Source: Paragordius varius (taxonomy: Eukaryota; Animalia; Nematomorpha). From it: 64,000 nucleotides of DNA. Positions within the stretch are counted from its first letter, which is position 1; the number at the start of each line of letters is the position of its first letter. Shown one piece after another: positions 1 to 13,204 of this stretch. The stretch covers positions 14,198,001 through 14,262,000 of the forward strand of contig OZ176050.1 in NCBI GenBank assembly GCA_964247055.1, in the 5' to 3' direction. A model generated the notes under the pieces. The model saw only the letters and a program-made list of their open reading frames with translations. It was not told where the DNA came from and did not search any database. A program made the position numbers and the translations under genes.

Positions 1-457
1 TATATTTTAGTGTTATATTTTGAAATAAAGCATATATTCACCAAAATATTTTGAAAAATTGCGCACCTTTTGCAATTTTATACCGATACACAAAAGTGTA
101 AATAATTTTCTTTAATAACTAAAGGTTAAAACCAAAAGCACCATGATAATCCTGTTATTTTCCTACCAGAATATATATATATATATATATATTTCATCAA
201 GATATTTTTTTGTGGAAACTGTGTAATATACCACACCGATGGTGTAAAAACAGGCAGCTTTAATTTTGTACTGCGACATAGTTCAAAATATCTGGCCACA
301 TTAGGTTTAGTATTTTAATTCTTTTTCGAATTCGCAGGTATTTAAAGAATTTACAAATACGATTTAAGAGTTTGTAATGGTTAAGTTTTATTGTATACAG
401 ATAAAGCATATTAAACAAATTCAACAAGAGCTGGAATTTCTCTCCAACTAACTGAAG

Positions 458-1130
458 GCAATCCTTCTCAACAATCCTCTCAAAGGCAATCCACACCCAT
501 TTGGCCCAACAATCTTTACTATCAAAATTTGGAGGTGTGTTTAAACGCTTTCCTCATCTCCCTTGCTATGGTAAAATAATATAAATACCATCATCAATTT
601 TAACTTATCCCTTAATGCATATTAAAGTAAAGATTAAAATTACACCACAGACACAAAACGTAAAAAATAACGACAGGTAATTTTTTAAAGGTACACATAC
701 TTTTTTAAAACCTTCATTTTTCCTATATAAATTAGGAAATTTGTAAATGATTGTGTATTTACCATATCTTATCAAACAATGAGTTATGTAAAAATGTATA
801 AAACATTGCACGGGTTTTTGAAATATTTGTCCTTATATTTTTACGTTTTTCTCGTAAGATAACTTTTCTTTTATAGCTGATAAGATTATGGCAGGTTCGT
901 GTAATGTTAAATGTTTGGATATATTTCGAAGTTGCCTCGATTTTTGCAATTACAAAATGATTCACAATGAAAAGGTAGGAGGTACTCATACTCGACATAA
1001 AAACAACCAAAATTATACGAAAAATGAAACAGAAATAGCATTTCACGAGCCAGATATTTTGGCGAATTTTGCTGCGCACTTGTATGGAGATGATGTAACA
1101 TATGACAAGGAATATGGTTTTCTATTATAA
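458..1130 (+). CDS. Putative 3' part of an unidentified gene (exons 458-570 and 877-1130), Cys-containing
   Basis: Acceptor CTAACTGAAG before 458, donor GTAAAA at 571 and acceptor TTCTTTTATAG before 877 join in phase 1. The product is ...QSLLSKFGGVFKRFPHLPCYADKIMAGSCNVKCLDIFRSCLDFCNYKM...KEYGFLL-stop, which includes track ORF 888..1130. No family recognised and upstream exons not found. Confidence 0.35.
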
Positions 1131-1637
1131 TACTTTTCATACCTCTAAAAAAATGTTTGAATCGGTTTTGAACCTGTATAGTTTTAAACCTTTAACAATG
1201 AATAGTTAAAATGAAATATTAAAAAAATAATATTATTAAATTCATAGAAAGCCATATTTTTAAAACTTTGGTGTACGATATAAAAACAGAAAAAATATGC
1301 TTTTTTCGCTTATAGAATATTTTTCTTTTATTTTTATGTTCCTGATAACCATGTTCTAGTTCTAGACTCTGGTTAATCCTAATCTTAATATATGTATTTT
1401 AGGTTTTTCACAACTTTATTGATAGCAAACAATAAAATATATTAAAAATTTTGAAATTTGGTTTTCTTAATTATAAAAAAATGTCTATTTAATTTTTATA
1501 TTTTTGCTATATTGTTTTAGATATCATTATTCACTTTTGGCTCCAGACTTTATTGAAAAAAACTATATTTCAAGTTTTGATAAATTTTGTTAATTTTATT
1601 TATGTATCATATATATATGTAAATACTTATTTTATTA

Positions 1638-2014
1638 CAGTAAAAAATTGAAATTATACTATGGACAAAACGTATAAATATAAATACAATAAAGACAACC
1701 ATACTTTCAAACCTTAATTTTTCCTATAAATCATTTAATTACAATTGTAAAAATAGAATTAATTGTGTTAATAATACAGGAAAAATTAAAATTATACGGA
1801 CAAAAGTTGAAAATATAAAGACTTTCTATTTAAAAGACAACCATACTTTTTAAATAGATTTTTTTACTTATAACTTATTGTTTAAACACAATCAATGACA
1901 TTTTATGATTGCATTAACTTGTTTTAATATAAATTAGGGTTAAAAAATTTGGTGTCTTCAAAAAAATTTGTTTTTAGTTTTTACATTTTGTCCGTATAAT
2001 TTCAATTTTTACTG
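1638..2014. mobile_element. TA-flanked MITE (CAGTAAAAATTGAAATTATACGGACAAAA family), composite copy with a second left arm near 1777
   Basis: Long terminal inverted repeats CAGTAAAAAATTGAAATTATAC...GTATAATTTCAATTTTTACTG, with TA on both sides. The same roughly 90-bp arms recur more than 10 times in the window. Tc1/mariner-pogo type is inferred from the TA target. Confidence 0.7.
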
Positions 2015-2402
2015 TAAATATCTAATTTCACACATTGCCATAAACATTGAGTTCAGATCAGGTGCTAAAAAGTATGGTTTTTTTAGAAAATATTTGACTT
2101 TATATTTTTACGTTTTGTTCGTATAATTTCAATTAATATTTTTCATTTCATTTTAGATAAAATGTTGGGGTGCAGGGGTGAGACTTTTTTAACGATTGTA
2201 AAGAAAAGAGAGCTAAAAATATAAAATTCACACCTGAATTATTTGAAGGAAGTTATCAAAAAGTCAAATAATTGCTGATGTCTATAAAATCAATTCTGAT
2301 ATCGATATCCTAAGCTATGCTATATTCCTTTGGCAAAATCATTATGTAGTCAATAAATAACAATTATTTATTCAGAATTGTGAAATATTCTTAAATATTA
2401 AT

Positions 2403-3394
2403 AGGTGATAAAAAAATTTTTGACTTGACTTGCAAGTTTTTCAAGTCATGGCTAGCTTTCATGTGATAAAAAAATTAACATTAGACGACTTAAGTTAAGC
2501 AGGAAAAATTATTCGGAGGTGATAATAAATCATATAATCGTAAAATTTATAGATTTTGCAAGTGTGGTGTAAAGCACACTTGACAAATTTTAAAATATGG
2601 ATAAAATAATTTTGGAAACTATTTATGTATGTGATTTAGGCTTTGTATGTAATTAAAACCTTTGTTAACGATATAATTGTTAATTTGATAAATTTTGTAT
2701 GATGACCTATTCAACTTGGGTGGATACAAAAAAGGATAAATATTTAGAAAAACTCTGCTAATATTTAAGAATTTGGCATATAAAAATATGCTAAATATAT
2801 CGATTTCGTAAACGTAATTTGCTTCTCGATATTTTTTAAAATTAATAATTAAATATTAATCTCTTGCTATATTTCAAATCTTTATTCATTAAACGCTAAA
2901 GGATTCATTAACTAATGTAAATAATTTATATCATCATAAATTTATGTCGAATGTAATGTTGATAATCAATTAAAAATAATAATAAGTTATATTGTATAAA
3001 TATATTCTATTAGCATATGGACTCAAAACAAAATGAGTACAGTGGTAAAATAATGGAGAGTGTTTTAAAGGCGAATGGTTTCATCAATCTAAATTAGCAG
3101 TCTCAATATTTAGAAAACTTTATAATATATATTAAGATACGTGCCATGGGTTTGAGAAACAATGCATATTGTTTTAATTGTTTATCCTTTTGTTCCTTAT
3201 TTCATTAATTTTGGCTGATCAAAATAATTTCCGTAAAATTCAAATTGGGTGACAAAAAAATATTACATTCATAGGCAAAAGACTTGACTTACGTGTTTTT
3301 TTATCACCGATTTTCAAGCGTACACTTGCTAGCTTAAGTTAACTTGCTCATGCCACGCTTGACTTACAAGTCAAGGGCGACTTTTTTATCACCT
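2403..3394. mobile_element. Foldback/MITE-like element with AGGTGATAAAAAA terminal inverted repeats
   Basis: Left end AGGTGATAAAAAAATTTTTGACTTGACTTGCAAG, right end CTTGACTTACAAGTCAAGGGCGACTTTTTTATCACCT, plus further inverted subterminal motifs. No TSD recognised. Confidence 0.5.
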
Positions 3395-3714
3395 CACCTT
3401 ATGTGTGTAGAAACAGTTGCGTAGTTAAATTTGGTTCATTATTTTTTGCAAAAAATAATTCCAAAATAAAAATTGCTTCCATTTATTTTTGTTCAAATGT
3501 TGATTTTTAAATATGTTTAGATTTGTGGCCTAATTTAGTTAATTATGATATAAACCGCAAAAGTAATGTATTAAGACAAATTAAAACACTAATTTATTTT
3601 AATAAAAAAAGTTTATATTGAAATTAAAAAATAAACCTTTACGGTTCCATAAAAAGCCAATCTTTCTCTTTGGATCCCTGGTAAAATTATTTGGATAACC
3701 AAGAGAATATAAAC

Positions 3715-5858
3715 CAGTGGTACTCACGAAAGATATTTGACGGGCCAAATAAAATATATATTTTTTTCGAGGGCCAGAATCTTATAATGGCAAACATTCC
3801 ATAGCTATTTGACACAGCACATATTTATAATCTAAATCAGCACAATTAATATTTTGCGGATCGCAAAATCCAACTAAAAACTCGTTTTGCACCATTTAGT
3901 TTAAAAAATTAAATATTTTGATAACAACATTTATTTTGATATTAACTAATAATTTTTGACAAATTTGGTTTCGCCTCATGACAGACCAATCTTAATGCGT
4001 CGTCCATATGATTAACGGTTAAACGATTTCTGTATCTATTCTTGAGATACCTTATTTTTAAATATGCTGTCCACGGGTAACTTGAGAAAAAACAGTTAGG
4101 ATAACTTGAGCACATTTTTTTATATTTTTATATTTATTTGGCATATCTTGCCGAAACCATACATATCTTTCTTCTCTTCGATTCTCCTTATATATATAGC
4201 CTGCGAATCGGAATCATTTTTAAAATCTACGAATTCTTCAATGATATGCGCCTGAAAACCGAGATGCTCACGTTGCTTAATATTGGATATATCCATACCA
4301 TGGATTTTCCACGAGTTTTAAGCAATTATATTTCTTAGTTCTTCAAATCTGAATTTCATTTCATTAAATAAAAATGCTAAATGATTATCTATTTTAAATG
4401 TTGGAAAATATAGAAGTGTTTTATTTATAAATTCTTGTTTATATAGTATTAATTTTTCAAAAGCAAATATTTGATTAGCAAATTGGGTTATTATTTTGCT
4501 CACTTGAAAACTTGTATTAAGACTAAGTCTATAAGTAAATGTCGCAAAAATAGGCAATAAAACCCACCATTGGTCACTATTAATTTCCTCGTCAAACTTT
4601 CTGTTATCTTTTATAAATAATACAATCTCATGCCTTAAAACAAAAAAATCTATTTAATACTTTGCTAAGGCTTAGTTATCCACAGCGGTGTACAAAAGAA
4701 AATCATCAAACTCACTAAGGATATCTTTCAGAAGGTTTAGAATTTACGGCTGTTAAATTCTCTTGGATGTGGTTAACTATATCCACAATCGTTTTAATTA
4801 CCTAATTGAGTGATTCATCTTTTACACGGAAAACCAAGTTTTGCTGTTGAGTAAATATTTTTCAAATTATATTTGTTTTTCAAAAGAGGGATAAATCATT
4901 CGTTTCATAGAGGGACAGCCATCTGTGCAGATCGAAACCAACCTTTTTCATAGATATACCATTATTATCAAAAAAGGGCTACCACTTATTAGAAATGCTT
5001 TTATTAGTTGGGAATCAGTAAACGGTTTCATATTTTTTCCTAAAATATAACAAACTTCATACGAAGCTAATGTTACAGCTTTTCCTAGGAGAAGGCTATA
5101 AAAATAATAGATTTTCTTTCTGGTATAATTCCTTTATTTTTTATTTATTTCGTTTTCCTCATGATTTTCTGGTAATTTATGAGAATGATGGATTGTAAAA
5201 TGTTTTTCAATATTGTATTTTTTCATAATTATGTTGTCCTTGCATATAAGGCAGGTATCAACATTTTTAAAAACGACAAAGAATTTTTCTTCCCATTCCT
5301 TTTTAAAGAGCGATTTTTATCGGATAATTTACGTTTTTTAGCATTAGATGTCATCCTATGAATTTATATTTAAATATTATGTAAATTTTTGCAAAAAATA
5401 GGAATATAATTTGAATTATGCTATAAAAAATAGGTAAAAATTTAATGATGTTGATTTGAAAAATATTTTATGGGAGTTATAAAAAATGATGTGGGATCGC
5501 TATGAAAAGAATTATATGCAAGTTTGAGTGAAAAGCTTGCTTAAATACAAAAAAGCAATTCAATAAAAATTTCAAAATAGAAAAAAATAAAATACAGAAA
5601 CAGAGACAGAGACAACGTGTGCCAAAATTTTGAAATCATTTTATGTAGGGAAATTTTTCCACCAAATTGGGTAAAAAATAGAAATTACGAAATAGATCTA
5701 AAGAAATAAATTAATATTAAAATAAGCGAAAATTGGTTTATGTGTTTTAAAAATTCATCAATAAAAAAAATAATTTAAGTATCAATATGGTCATAGGGCA
5801 ATTTTAAAGTACTCTTAGGGCCGCATGTGGCCCGTGGGCCGCGGTTTGAGTATCACTG
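3715..5858 (-). mobile_element. Decayed hAT (Charlie/SPIN-like) DNA transposon with transposase remnants
   Basis: TIRs CAGTGGTACTCA and TGAGTATCACTG with GGCCC-rich subtermini. Minus-strand remnants: MTSNAKKRKLSDKNRS / KEWEEKFFVVFKNVDTCLICKD...YNIEKHF (BED-like, from 5354), ORF 4318..4557 (AFEKLILY...YFPTF...KFRFEEL), and RYRNRLTVNHMDDALRL (hAT dimerisation region). Frameshifts and deletions present. Confidence 0.8.
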
Positions 5859-6446
5859 ATAACTATGTATATACACTACATATCATTCAATAAAAGTGTA
5901 AAACAAATTAAAATATGTTTTGCAAGTAAGAAAACGGAAAAAATCAATTGAAAAGGTCATATTGTTTAGTGTGAAAAAGTACTCATAACAACTTAACAGT
6001 AATTCTAATTTAATTAAAAGTCTGCCAAAACTATCATAAATAAATTATTTGATTCAACTTAACAACAGGTAGGTATGATATATAATTTGTCATATGATAG
6101 ATAACAATAAACAAAGGAAATTGTAAAAATGTTACCATATGTTATAATCATCAATTTTTATTTTTTATAAAAGATTACACGTTGTAGTTTTGTGCCCATA
6201 AACTATCATTTTGGCACATGCTTTTATTAAATTAAAATTGCTAAATTGATTTTTTGTATTAAGTATTTTACCGTGGTATATATAATAGTGTAAGTTGCCT
6301 GCGAAGCCGCTATTTGAAAAAAATGGCTCAACAAAATTGTGATCCATATATGTGGATTATTTCGAAAGATATTTTAATAGTTATGATCTCATTGTTTCAA
6401 AACGGTGCTTTTAAATTTTAAACCGTACATTTTTACTAATATATTG

Positions 6447-7387
6447 TTGGTGTGAAGGCCCCAAATTGACGGTGAAAAAATTGCTCTACTATAATTTTTG
6501 CCTTTTTACGGGTAATATTTCAGGCCCTTATTAAACTTATATGACCTGATAAGTTTTCTCAAAATTAAACAACATAATTAAGCATTTGATTATAATTTTT
6601 TTACAGAGAATACCTGGAATCAAGATTGATTCCATATGCTCTCATTAGATTTTTGAAATTTACCTGAAAACTAAAAAATCACTTTATGGCGGCACATTTA
6701 TTAGGGTGAGAAGGGCCTAATTAACGGCTAATTTTAAAAAAGAGCAAAACCTACATGCCTTGTTACGGGTAATATTATGAGCATTTATTAAACTCAGATG
6801 GCCTGATGGGTTTTGTGAAATTACCCTTACAAAGGCACACTGTTTCGATATGAGAGGCAGTAGCAGGTATCTGTTTACCCGGCAGCCAGATATGACGGGG
6901 CAGTAGCAGGCATCTATTTACCCAGCAGCCAATACAAAAAAAGACATGACTAAAATTTTTGCCTTTTAACAGGGAATACCTTGGATCCTTAACTAAACGG
7001 TCTCATACCTTGGGCCAAAAATATATTTACAGTTATTTATGTGGACTAATTTTTTTAAAAAATGGCATTTTACGAGGTGGCGGGTAAAAAGACGGCCTAA
7101 ATTTAAAAAGCGAACCGACCATGTTCGGCGCCATCAACAAAAAGTAGAAAAATTCATATTTTATATCGAATGGTCCAACACGTTTTCCGGGAAAAACTCT
7201 ATGCGATTTTGTAGACTTCTTTTAAAATACCGTTTTTACACAGGGTGGGCCCAAACTGGGGGCTAATTCGAAAAAGGGCGAAGCTAGTGTCGGGGAATCA
7301 TATATGATTCTATTTTTTTGGATTCGAATGGGTATGCCGGTTTTCCGGAAACAGATCACAAAGCCAGCATTTTCCATTTTTATAGAT
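6447..7387 (+). mobile_element. Non-autonomous Helitron-like element, 5'-truncated copy
   Basis: Shares internal subrepeats and the family 3' end CCGGTTTTCCGG...CACAAAGCCAGCATTTTCCATTTTTATAGAT. Directly followed head-to-tail by the next copy. Start is approximate. Confidence 0.65.
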
Positions 7388-7388
7388 A

Positions 7389-9579
7389 GACTAGCGTAAA
7401 TCTCTATACGCGTATGATCTCATAATTTTGGCGAAAAACAGCCTTAAACACATATTTTTGAGCGGGTTTAAGGGTATAAAGGCCCCAAGGCCAAAATTAA
7501 ACAATGTTAACAAAAAAATATTTATTCAGCAATAATCTTAGTATAAAAAACATAAGCGATTATTGGGTGAAACGTGCAAAAAAAGCTTTATTTTTGACAT
7601 CGGAAAGAGATATGTATTTTGTCCTTATGGAGTAAAGAGGTTTGATTTCACATTTTAAAAATTCATATATCTATTAATGCATAACCTGTGATGAAACACT
7701 GATCACTGTAATGAGTGTAATTTGTCCTAAAACCTTAATTTTTACCTAGTTAGGGGTAATATTTCTAGCTTTTAATGAGCTTATATGGCTTCATAATTTT
7801 CTGTAAATAGCTCCAAAACAACGCAATGTCTATACAGTGGCGCAGTTTTTTGGCAGGAGCTCCTTACCCAGGAGCAGGTATAAAAAAGCGTTTGGCAAAA
7901 TATTTGCCATTATATGATAAGTTTTTGGAAATATTGCTTCAAAACTAAAAAATTGTTCTATAGCGGTGCAACTTTACTTAGCATTAAAATAACCCCCTAT
8001 ACTAAAATATTTGTTTTTAAGGAGTTTTAAATATTTTAGGTCCTTATTGAACTCACAAAGTCTCATCGGTTTCTGAAATTCGCCTCCAAAGGGATGCTGT
8101 ATCGATATGGTGATGCAGTTTTACGCAAGTAGCCCCCTAACAAGGGGCGAAACAAAAACACGCTATGATAAAATTTTTGCCTTATTTTGGGTAATACCTG
8201 GAATCATGATTGATTCCATATGCTTTCGTGGGATTTTCGAAAAATTGCCTCAAACCTAAATATCATTCTATGGGAGCGTTTACAGGTCAGGGGCCTAATT
8301 AAGGGTTAATTTAATAAAACTGCTCTACTTAAATTTTTACCTTTATAGGGGTACAAGCCTTTATTAAACTCATATGGCCTGATAGTTTACCGAAAATTAA
8401 TAAACAACGCAATTTCGATATGGTGGCGCAATTTTAGGCGGACACCTCCCTACCCAGAGGCCAATATAAAAAAGACATTCGATAAAAATTTTTCCTTTAT
8501 AGGGGAACACCTAGAATTATTATTTATTCCATATGTTCTTAATAATTTTTGGAAGAATGGCTTCAAAACTAAATAATAGTTCAATGATAGCGTATTTTTT
8601 TGGCCTAATGAACCTAATTAACGGCTAATTTACAAAACCGTTCGACTTAAATTTTTGCCTTTATACGAGTAATATTTCAGGCCCTAATTTATATGGCCTG
8701 ATAGGTTTTCAGAAAATTAACTCCTAAACAACGCAATTTCGATACGGTGGAGCAGTTTTAATCGGGTAGCTCCCTACGAGGCTGATACAAAAAAGTGCAG
8801 GATTAAATTTTTTGCCATTTTACAAAGAATACCTGGAATCATGATTGATTCCATATGATCTGATTAGTTTTTGGAAAAATTGCCTCAAAACTAAAATCAC
8901 ATTCTATGGTGATGCATTTTTAAAGCGTAAGGTGCCTAATTAACAGCTGATTTAAAAAAACCGCAAGACCTAAATTTTTGTCTTGTTACGGGTAATATTT
9001 GATATACCTATTGAATTCACATGGCCTGAGAAATTTTCTAATAATTTGGCCCCAAAGGCACGCTATTTCAATATGACGTAGCAGTTTTTAGCAGGTATCT
9101 GTTTAACCAGCAGCCAAAATAAAAAACGCACAACTAAATTTTTGCCTTTTAACAGGGAATATCTAAAATCCTTGAATTTTTACGCTCATACCTTGGAAGA
9201 AAAATATTTAACAATTATAATTGTGGTGGCATTTTAGGGGGGAGCGGGTAAAAAGAGGACCTAATTTAAAAAAGCGGGCCCACTATGTTCAGCGCAATTA
9301 ATAAGTAAAATTGAAATCGAATGGTCCATCACGTTTTCCGAAAAATTGCCTCAAAGACATGATTTTTGTTAACTTGTGTTTTCAAAAAAAACCTTTTTTT
9401 ACACGGAGTGGTCTCGAACTGGGGGCCTAATTTAAAAAAAGGGCCAAGGCTATTGTCGGGGCATTAATTAATGATTATATTTTTTCGACATTTGAATTTT
9501 AATGGGTCTACCGGTTTCCCGGAAACAAACAAAGACAGCATTCATTTTTATAAATATATATATATATATATATATAGAT
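7389..9579 (+). mobile_element. Non-autonomous Helitron-like element, long copy with internal array of about 160/320 bp period
   Basis: 5' ACTAGCGTAAATCTC and 3' ...CATTTTTATAAA(TA)nGAT; no TIR or TSD. The motif AAATTTTTGCCTTTT recurs about every 160 bp (near 8178, 8330, 8487, 8652, 8806, 8972, 9136). Helitron assignment is inferred from resemblance of the ends to Lep1-like non-autonomous Helitrons. Confidence 0.7.
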
Positions 9580-10009
9580 ATGTGTTAACACATAATTTAT
9601 TATTAAATAAATTTACATAGATACATTTTAATATTAACTATAAGACATCTACAATAAATATATTAAAGATATACAACATATACTATTCAACATTTCTATT
9701 TCTAAAATAAAATTACACTTAAATGATGTCAAAAAGTAGGGGTTGGTTTAAAAATAAAAATTTTTTTGATAAAAACGTTAATATATCAATATTAAAACTT
9801 AAATAAAAATATATTTTTGGAAAATAAAAAAATGAATGTGTTTTGTTCTAAAAAAATTTTGTCTTTCCTTAACCAAGGTGTGAGAGATAAGAATTGAGAT
9901 CATATCACATTAAAAATTAAATCGAAAAAATAAATAAGTGTTGAGTTTGGATTAAAAATATTTTTGCAGATCAATACTGACTGGTCTCTTTTGCGTAAAA
10001 ATTTTTTCT

Positions 10010-10160
10010 TTATTCATCGAAAATAAAGTTGATCATGTCATCGGAATCGTCTTCAGTTGTTGAATGATTCATTGCATTATTGCTAAAAAAATCGCATTAA
10101 ATTATATTTTAAATATATTATAAGGCATATGTTTTAAGGCATATATTTTAAAACAAAATT

Positions 10161-10196
<36 letters not shown>

Positions 10197-12620
10197 ATAT
10201 TATAGTATATAAAATTATTGATTAAACTGTATTTTTTAATTTTAATTGGTATATGACCGTGAAAAAAACCTTTCTCTAGCAATCAAATTACGTTTCTATA
10301 TATCAAATCCTAAATATTAAGCAGCATGTCAGGCTTTCAGTTTTGATAATTTATACTTTGTTTCAATTTAACTTATTAAAGATGACTAATATAATATTAT
10401 ATTATTGACTTCAATATTCATAATTGACGCTCTCAGATGACACTTTAAAAATGGGCTACCCAACTAAATGGCATCCATAAACTAACTAATTCATGATAAT
10501 TATGATATTGGGATAATTCAGTATTGAATGAATTTATTTTGGTTTTCGAATACTACAAATAATCATTTAAACGCAAAAAATAAACTTTTCCGATTTTAGA
10601 CCCTAGTTTGTAATTAGAATCGTTAAAAAAATTACATTTTGCAATGACTAATTTAGAAGTATTCAAGCCGTGATAGCGTCAAAATGCATGAATTATGAAG
10701 GTATTTTTGTAAAATTTTAAATATCTTAAGAATATTATTGTATACCATTTGCACTTCAAGAGTGTCCTTCAACACTTCAAGTTGGTCCTTGAACATTTCA
10801 AGTTAGTCCTTGAACACTTCAAATTGGTCCTTTGACTTTTTTGTTTTGTTTTTTTAACTTTTATCAGTCAAATCGTTAATCATTCATCTATTTTATTGTT
10901 TTTAACCTATTTTCTATTATTTAACATAAATTTTTATCAATATCAACTTTTAATCATTAAGAAACCGTATATCTTAATTAACTTTTTAATTTTATTTTGA
11001 ATATTAATAAGATTTCAAAACCTATTTAAAAATATATAAGTTTTCTGGGTTTTTATTTACAATTTTTCACTGAAAACATTTAATAGTTAATAATTTTGTA
11101 AAATTGAAAAATAAGGTTGAAATAAAAAAGTGGTTTTTAAATGAAAAATTTTATTTTTAAATGAATAAATATATAATAAATAAAGAAAATTAGGTTAAAA
11201 ATAATAAAATAAAAAAAATACATGCAAAAATTATGGTTAAATAATGATTTAAAAATTGGAACAACTTGAAGTGTTCAAGAACCAACTTGAAGTGCTCAAG
11301 GACCAACTTAAAGTGTTAAAGGACCAAAAAGTGTTAAAGTACCAACTTGAAGTGTTTAAGGACACTCTTGAAGTCCAAATGATATAAATCTATAAAACTA
11401 CAAATTATCCAATTTAAATTTCAATTAAGGTCATAATGCGGATATTGCCATGTTCTTTTCACTCGATTTGCATGTCATTGTATATGTACATTTTATAAAA
11501 ATAATAAAAGAATTTTAAAAAAAAACATCAATATTATGTATAACCTAAGTCATAACCTATACTAAATTAGTTCACTATATTTTATAAATAAATCATGTAT
11601 TATTATGGTTAAACTATCTTAAAACTTTTATATAATAAAATGAGGTGTATATCTAGTCAAATGCCGCCTACCTTAGTGCTCTACACGTAAAGAAAAGTAT
11701 GCGTTTGAGTTTTGTGTTATGGAAAAAGTAATTAAAGCTCCAAAGAATGCCATCTTCCCCAAACGGGTCGCTAGTTAAATCCGGGTTATAACTGTAAATA
11801 TCACAATCGGCCAGTTGGATTTGGGATTCAATCGTGTTCCATAAGTGAGGTTTGAGCGCTTCAAATTTTTGGCCCAAAACACTCAACAAGTTTTCGTTGA
11901 TTAGGTTAATCACAATCTAATATATATATATATATATATAAATATATATTGATTTTTAAATAGCAGGCTCAACGACAGACATCTACATAAGAACTACTTA
12001 AACGGGTAAATTTTAACTGACAAAAACAATAATGATTAATGTACAATTTTTAGGTATTACAATGTGTGATAACAGAAATATAGATAAAGAATTAAAGGTT
12101 ACTTTGATACAAGTTATATTTATAAAGTAAATATATATTATGATTTGTAAGAAATATTTATTTAAAAAACACCAATAAAAATTAAATTACTTGCAATGAT
12201 GGTTCAAAACTAAATTCTTCGCTGTGAGCGTTGCTAAAATCATAATCGGGATAAAATGAGGCATTAAGGGTTGAGATGAGATAAAAGAATGTTTTTTTAT
12301 TGATTGCTGGACAACTATTTAATTTTTGATCACATTCTTCTGTTTCCCTATAAAAAAGGTTAAATGACAATTTTTACAAGGAATTTTTGGGACTGATTGT
12401 AAGAAAACTTTGTGGAGGAGCTAATATATGTAATTCGCAGTCATCGGCGCTTCCCTGAAGCAATTTACATAATTTTTTGTCTACCCCAATCATTTTACAA
12501 GAAAAGGCTTCAATTCTGAAATAAAACAAAACTTTACCTTGTGGACAAATTACATCCTTTGACTTCGCCCGAAAGGGCTGAACTTATTGCCTCAAGGTTT
12601 GGATTTTCAAGTAATTTCAT
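10010..12620 (-). CDS. MAF1: Repressor of RNA polymerase III transcription MAF1 homolog, 231 aa
   Basis: Exons (minus strand) 12538-12620, 12378-12515, 12191-12347, 11672-11916 and 10010-10082 total 696 nt, with all introns GT-AG and phases consistent. Protein [16 protein letters not shown]...RIEAFSCKM...[22 protein letters not shown]...[40 protein letters not shown] plus an acidic tail matches conserved Maf1 boxes A, B and C. The last exon is less certain because the CDS could stop at 11668. Confidence 0.95.
10741..11386. mobile_element. MITE with internal 22-bp tandem motifs in the last MAF1 intron
   Basis: Inverted ends TATACCATTTGCACTTCAAGAGTGTCC and GGACACTCTTGAAGTCCAAATGATATA; subterminal repeats ACACTTCAAGTTGGTCCTTGA. 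A partial right end also occurs near 28790-28880. Confidence 0.75.
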
Positions 12621-13204
12621 TGTTTAGTTTTGGCTAAAAGCTGCAATATGTTTTGCATAATCTGCTAAAATCATCCCAGAAATAATATTTACACTGCCTA
12701 TAAAATGTGAAGGTATATAGGAATAGTTTTTATTGCGCATTAGAATTAATTTTACATATGTTTAAGATTATCATACCTTTAAAATATATTTGAAAAAGCT
12801 TTGTGTTTTTGTTGTTGTTGCTAAGGTCGATTGCAACAAACTGCAACATTGAAAATATAACTTCTCCATTCGTTGCAAATAAATCTGACGTTTAGTTCGA
12901 ATAATGTTTGGTTGATTTATTTGAGGTAAACTATCCGACGAGTTTTTCTTTTTTTACGAGCACTACTTATTTTTCCCAGCATCAATGACTTTTCAAGTGA
13001 ACTAGATCTCATAATGTGGCCAAAAACGAATAGTTTTTGCCGTATTAGGCTAAAAAATTGACATTTCCGGATTTTTTTAAAATAGTGACGTTAGGAATTT
13101 TATCTGACTATTTTATTTGGAGAAGTTTTCTCCAATCCTATAATGCGAAAAAAATTTATTAGTCGTTCGTAATATTATTTAGCGTCCAGCGCCCCCCCCT
13201 CCCC

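Noticed and set aside
260-1140. Minus-strand ORFs 260, 605, 759 and 907
   Set aside because: They are low-complexity AT-rich translations with no recognisable motif, and two are antisense to the better-supported plus-strand exon.
7039-7266. Recurrent similar ORFs (also 17346, 19036, 20349, 30013, 35287, 35384, 38437, 52829) that look like a small protein family
   Set aside because: All lie in copies of the Helitron-like repeat, in differing frames and strands and with frequent frameshifts. The similarity is at the DNA level only.
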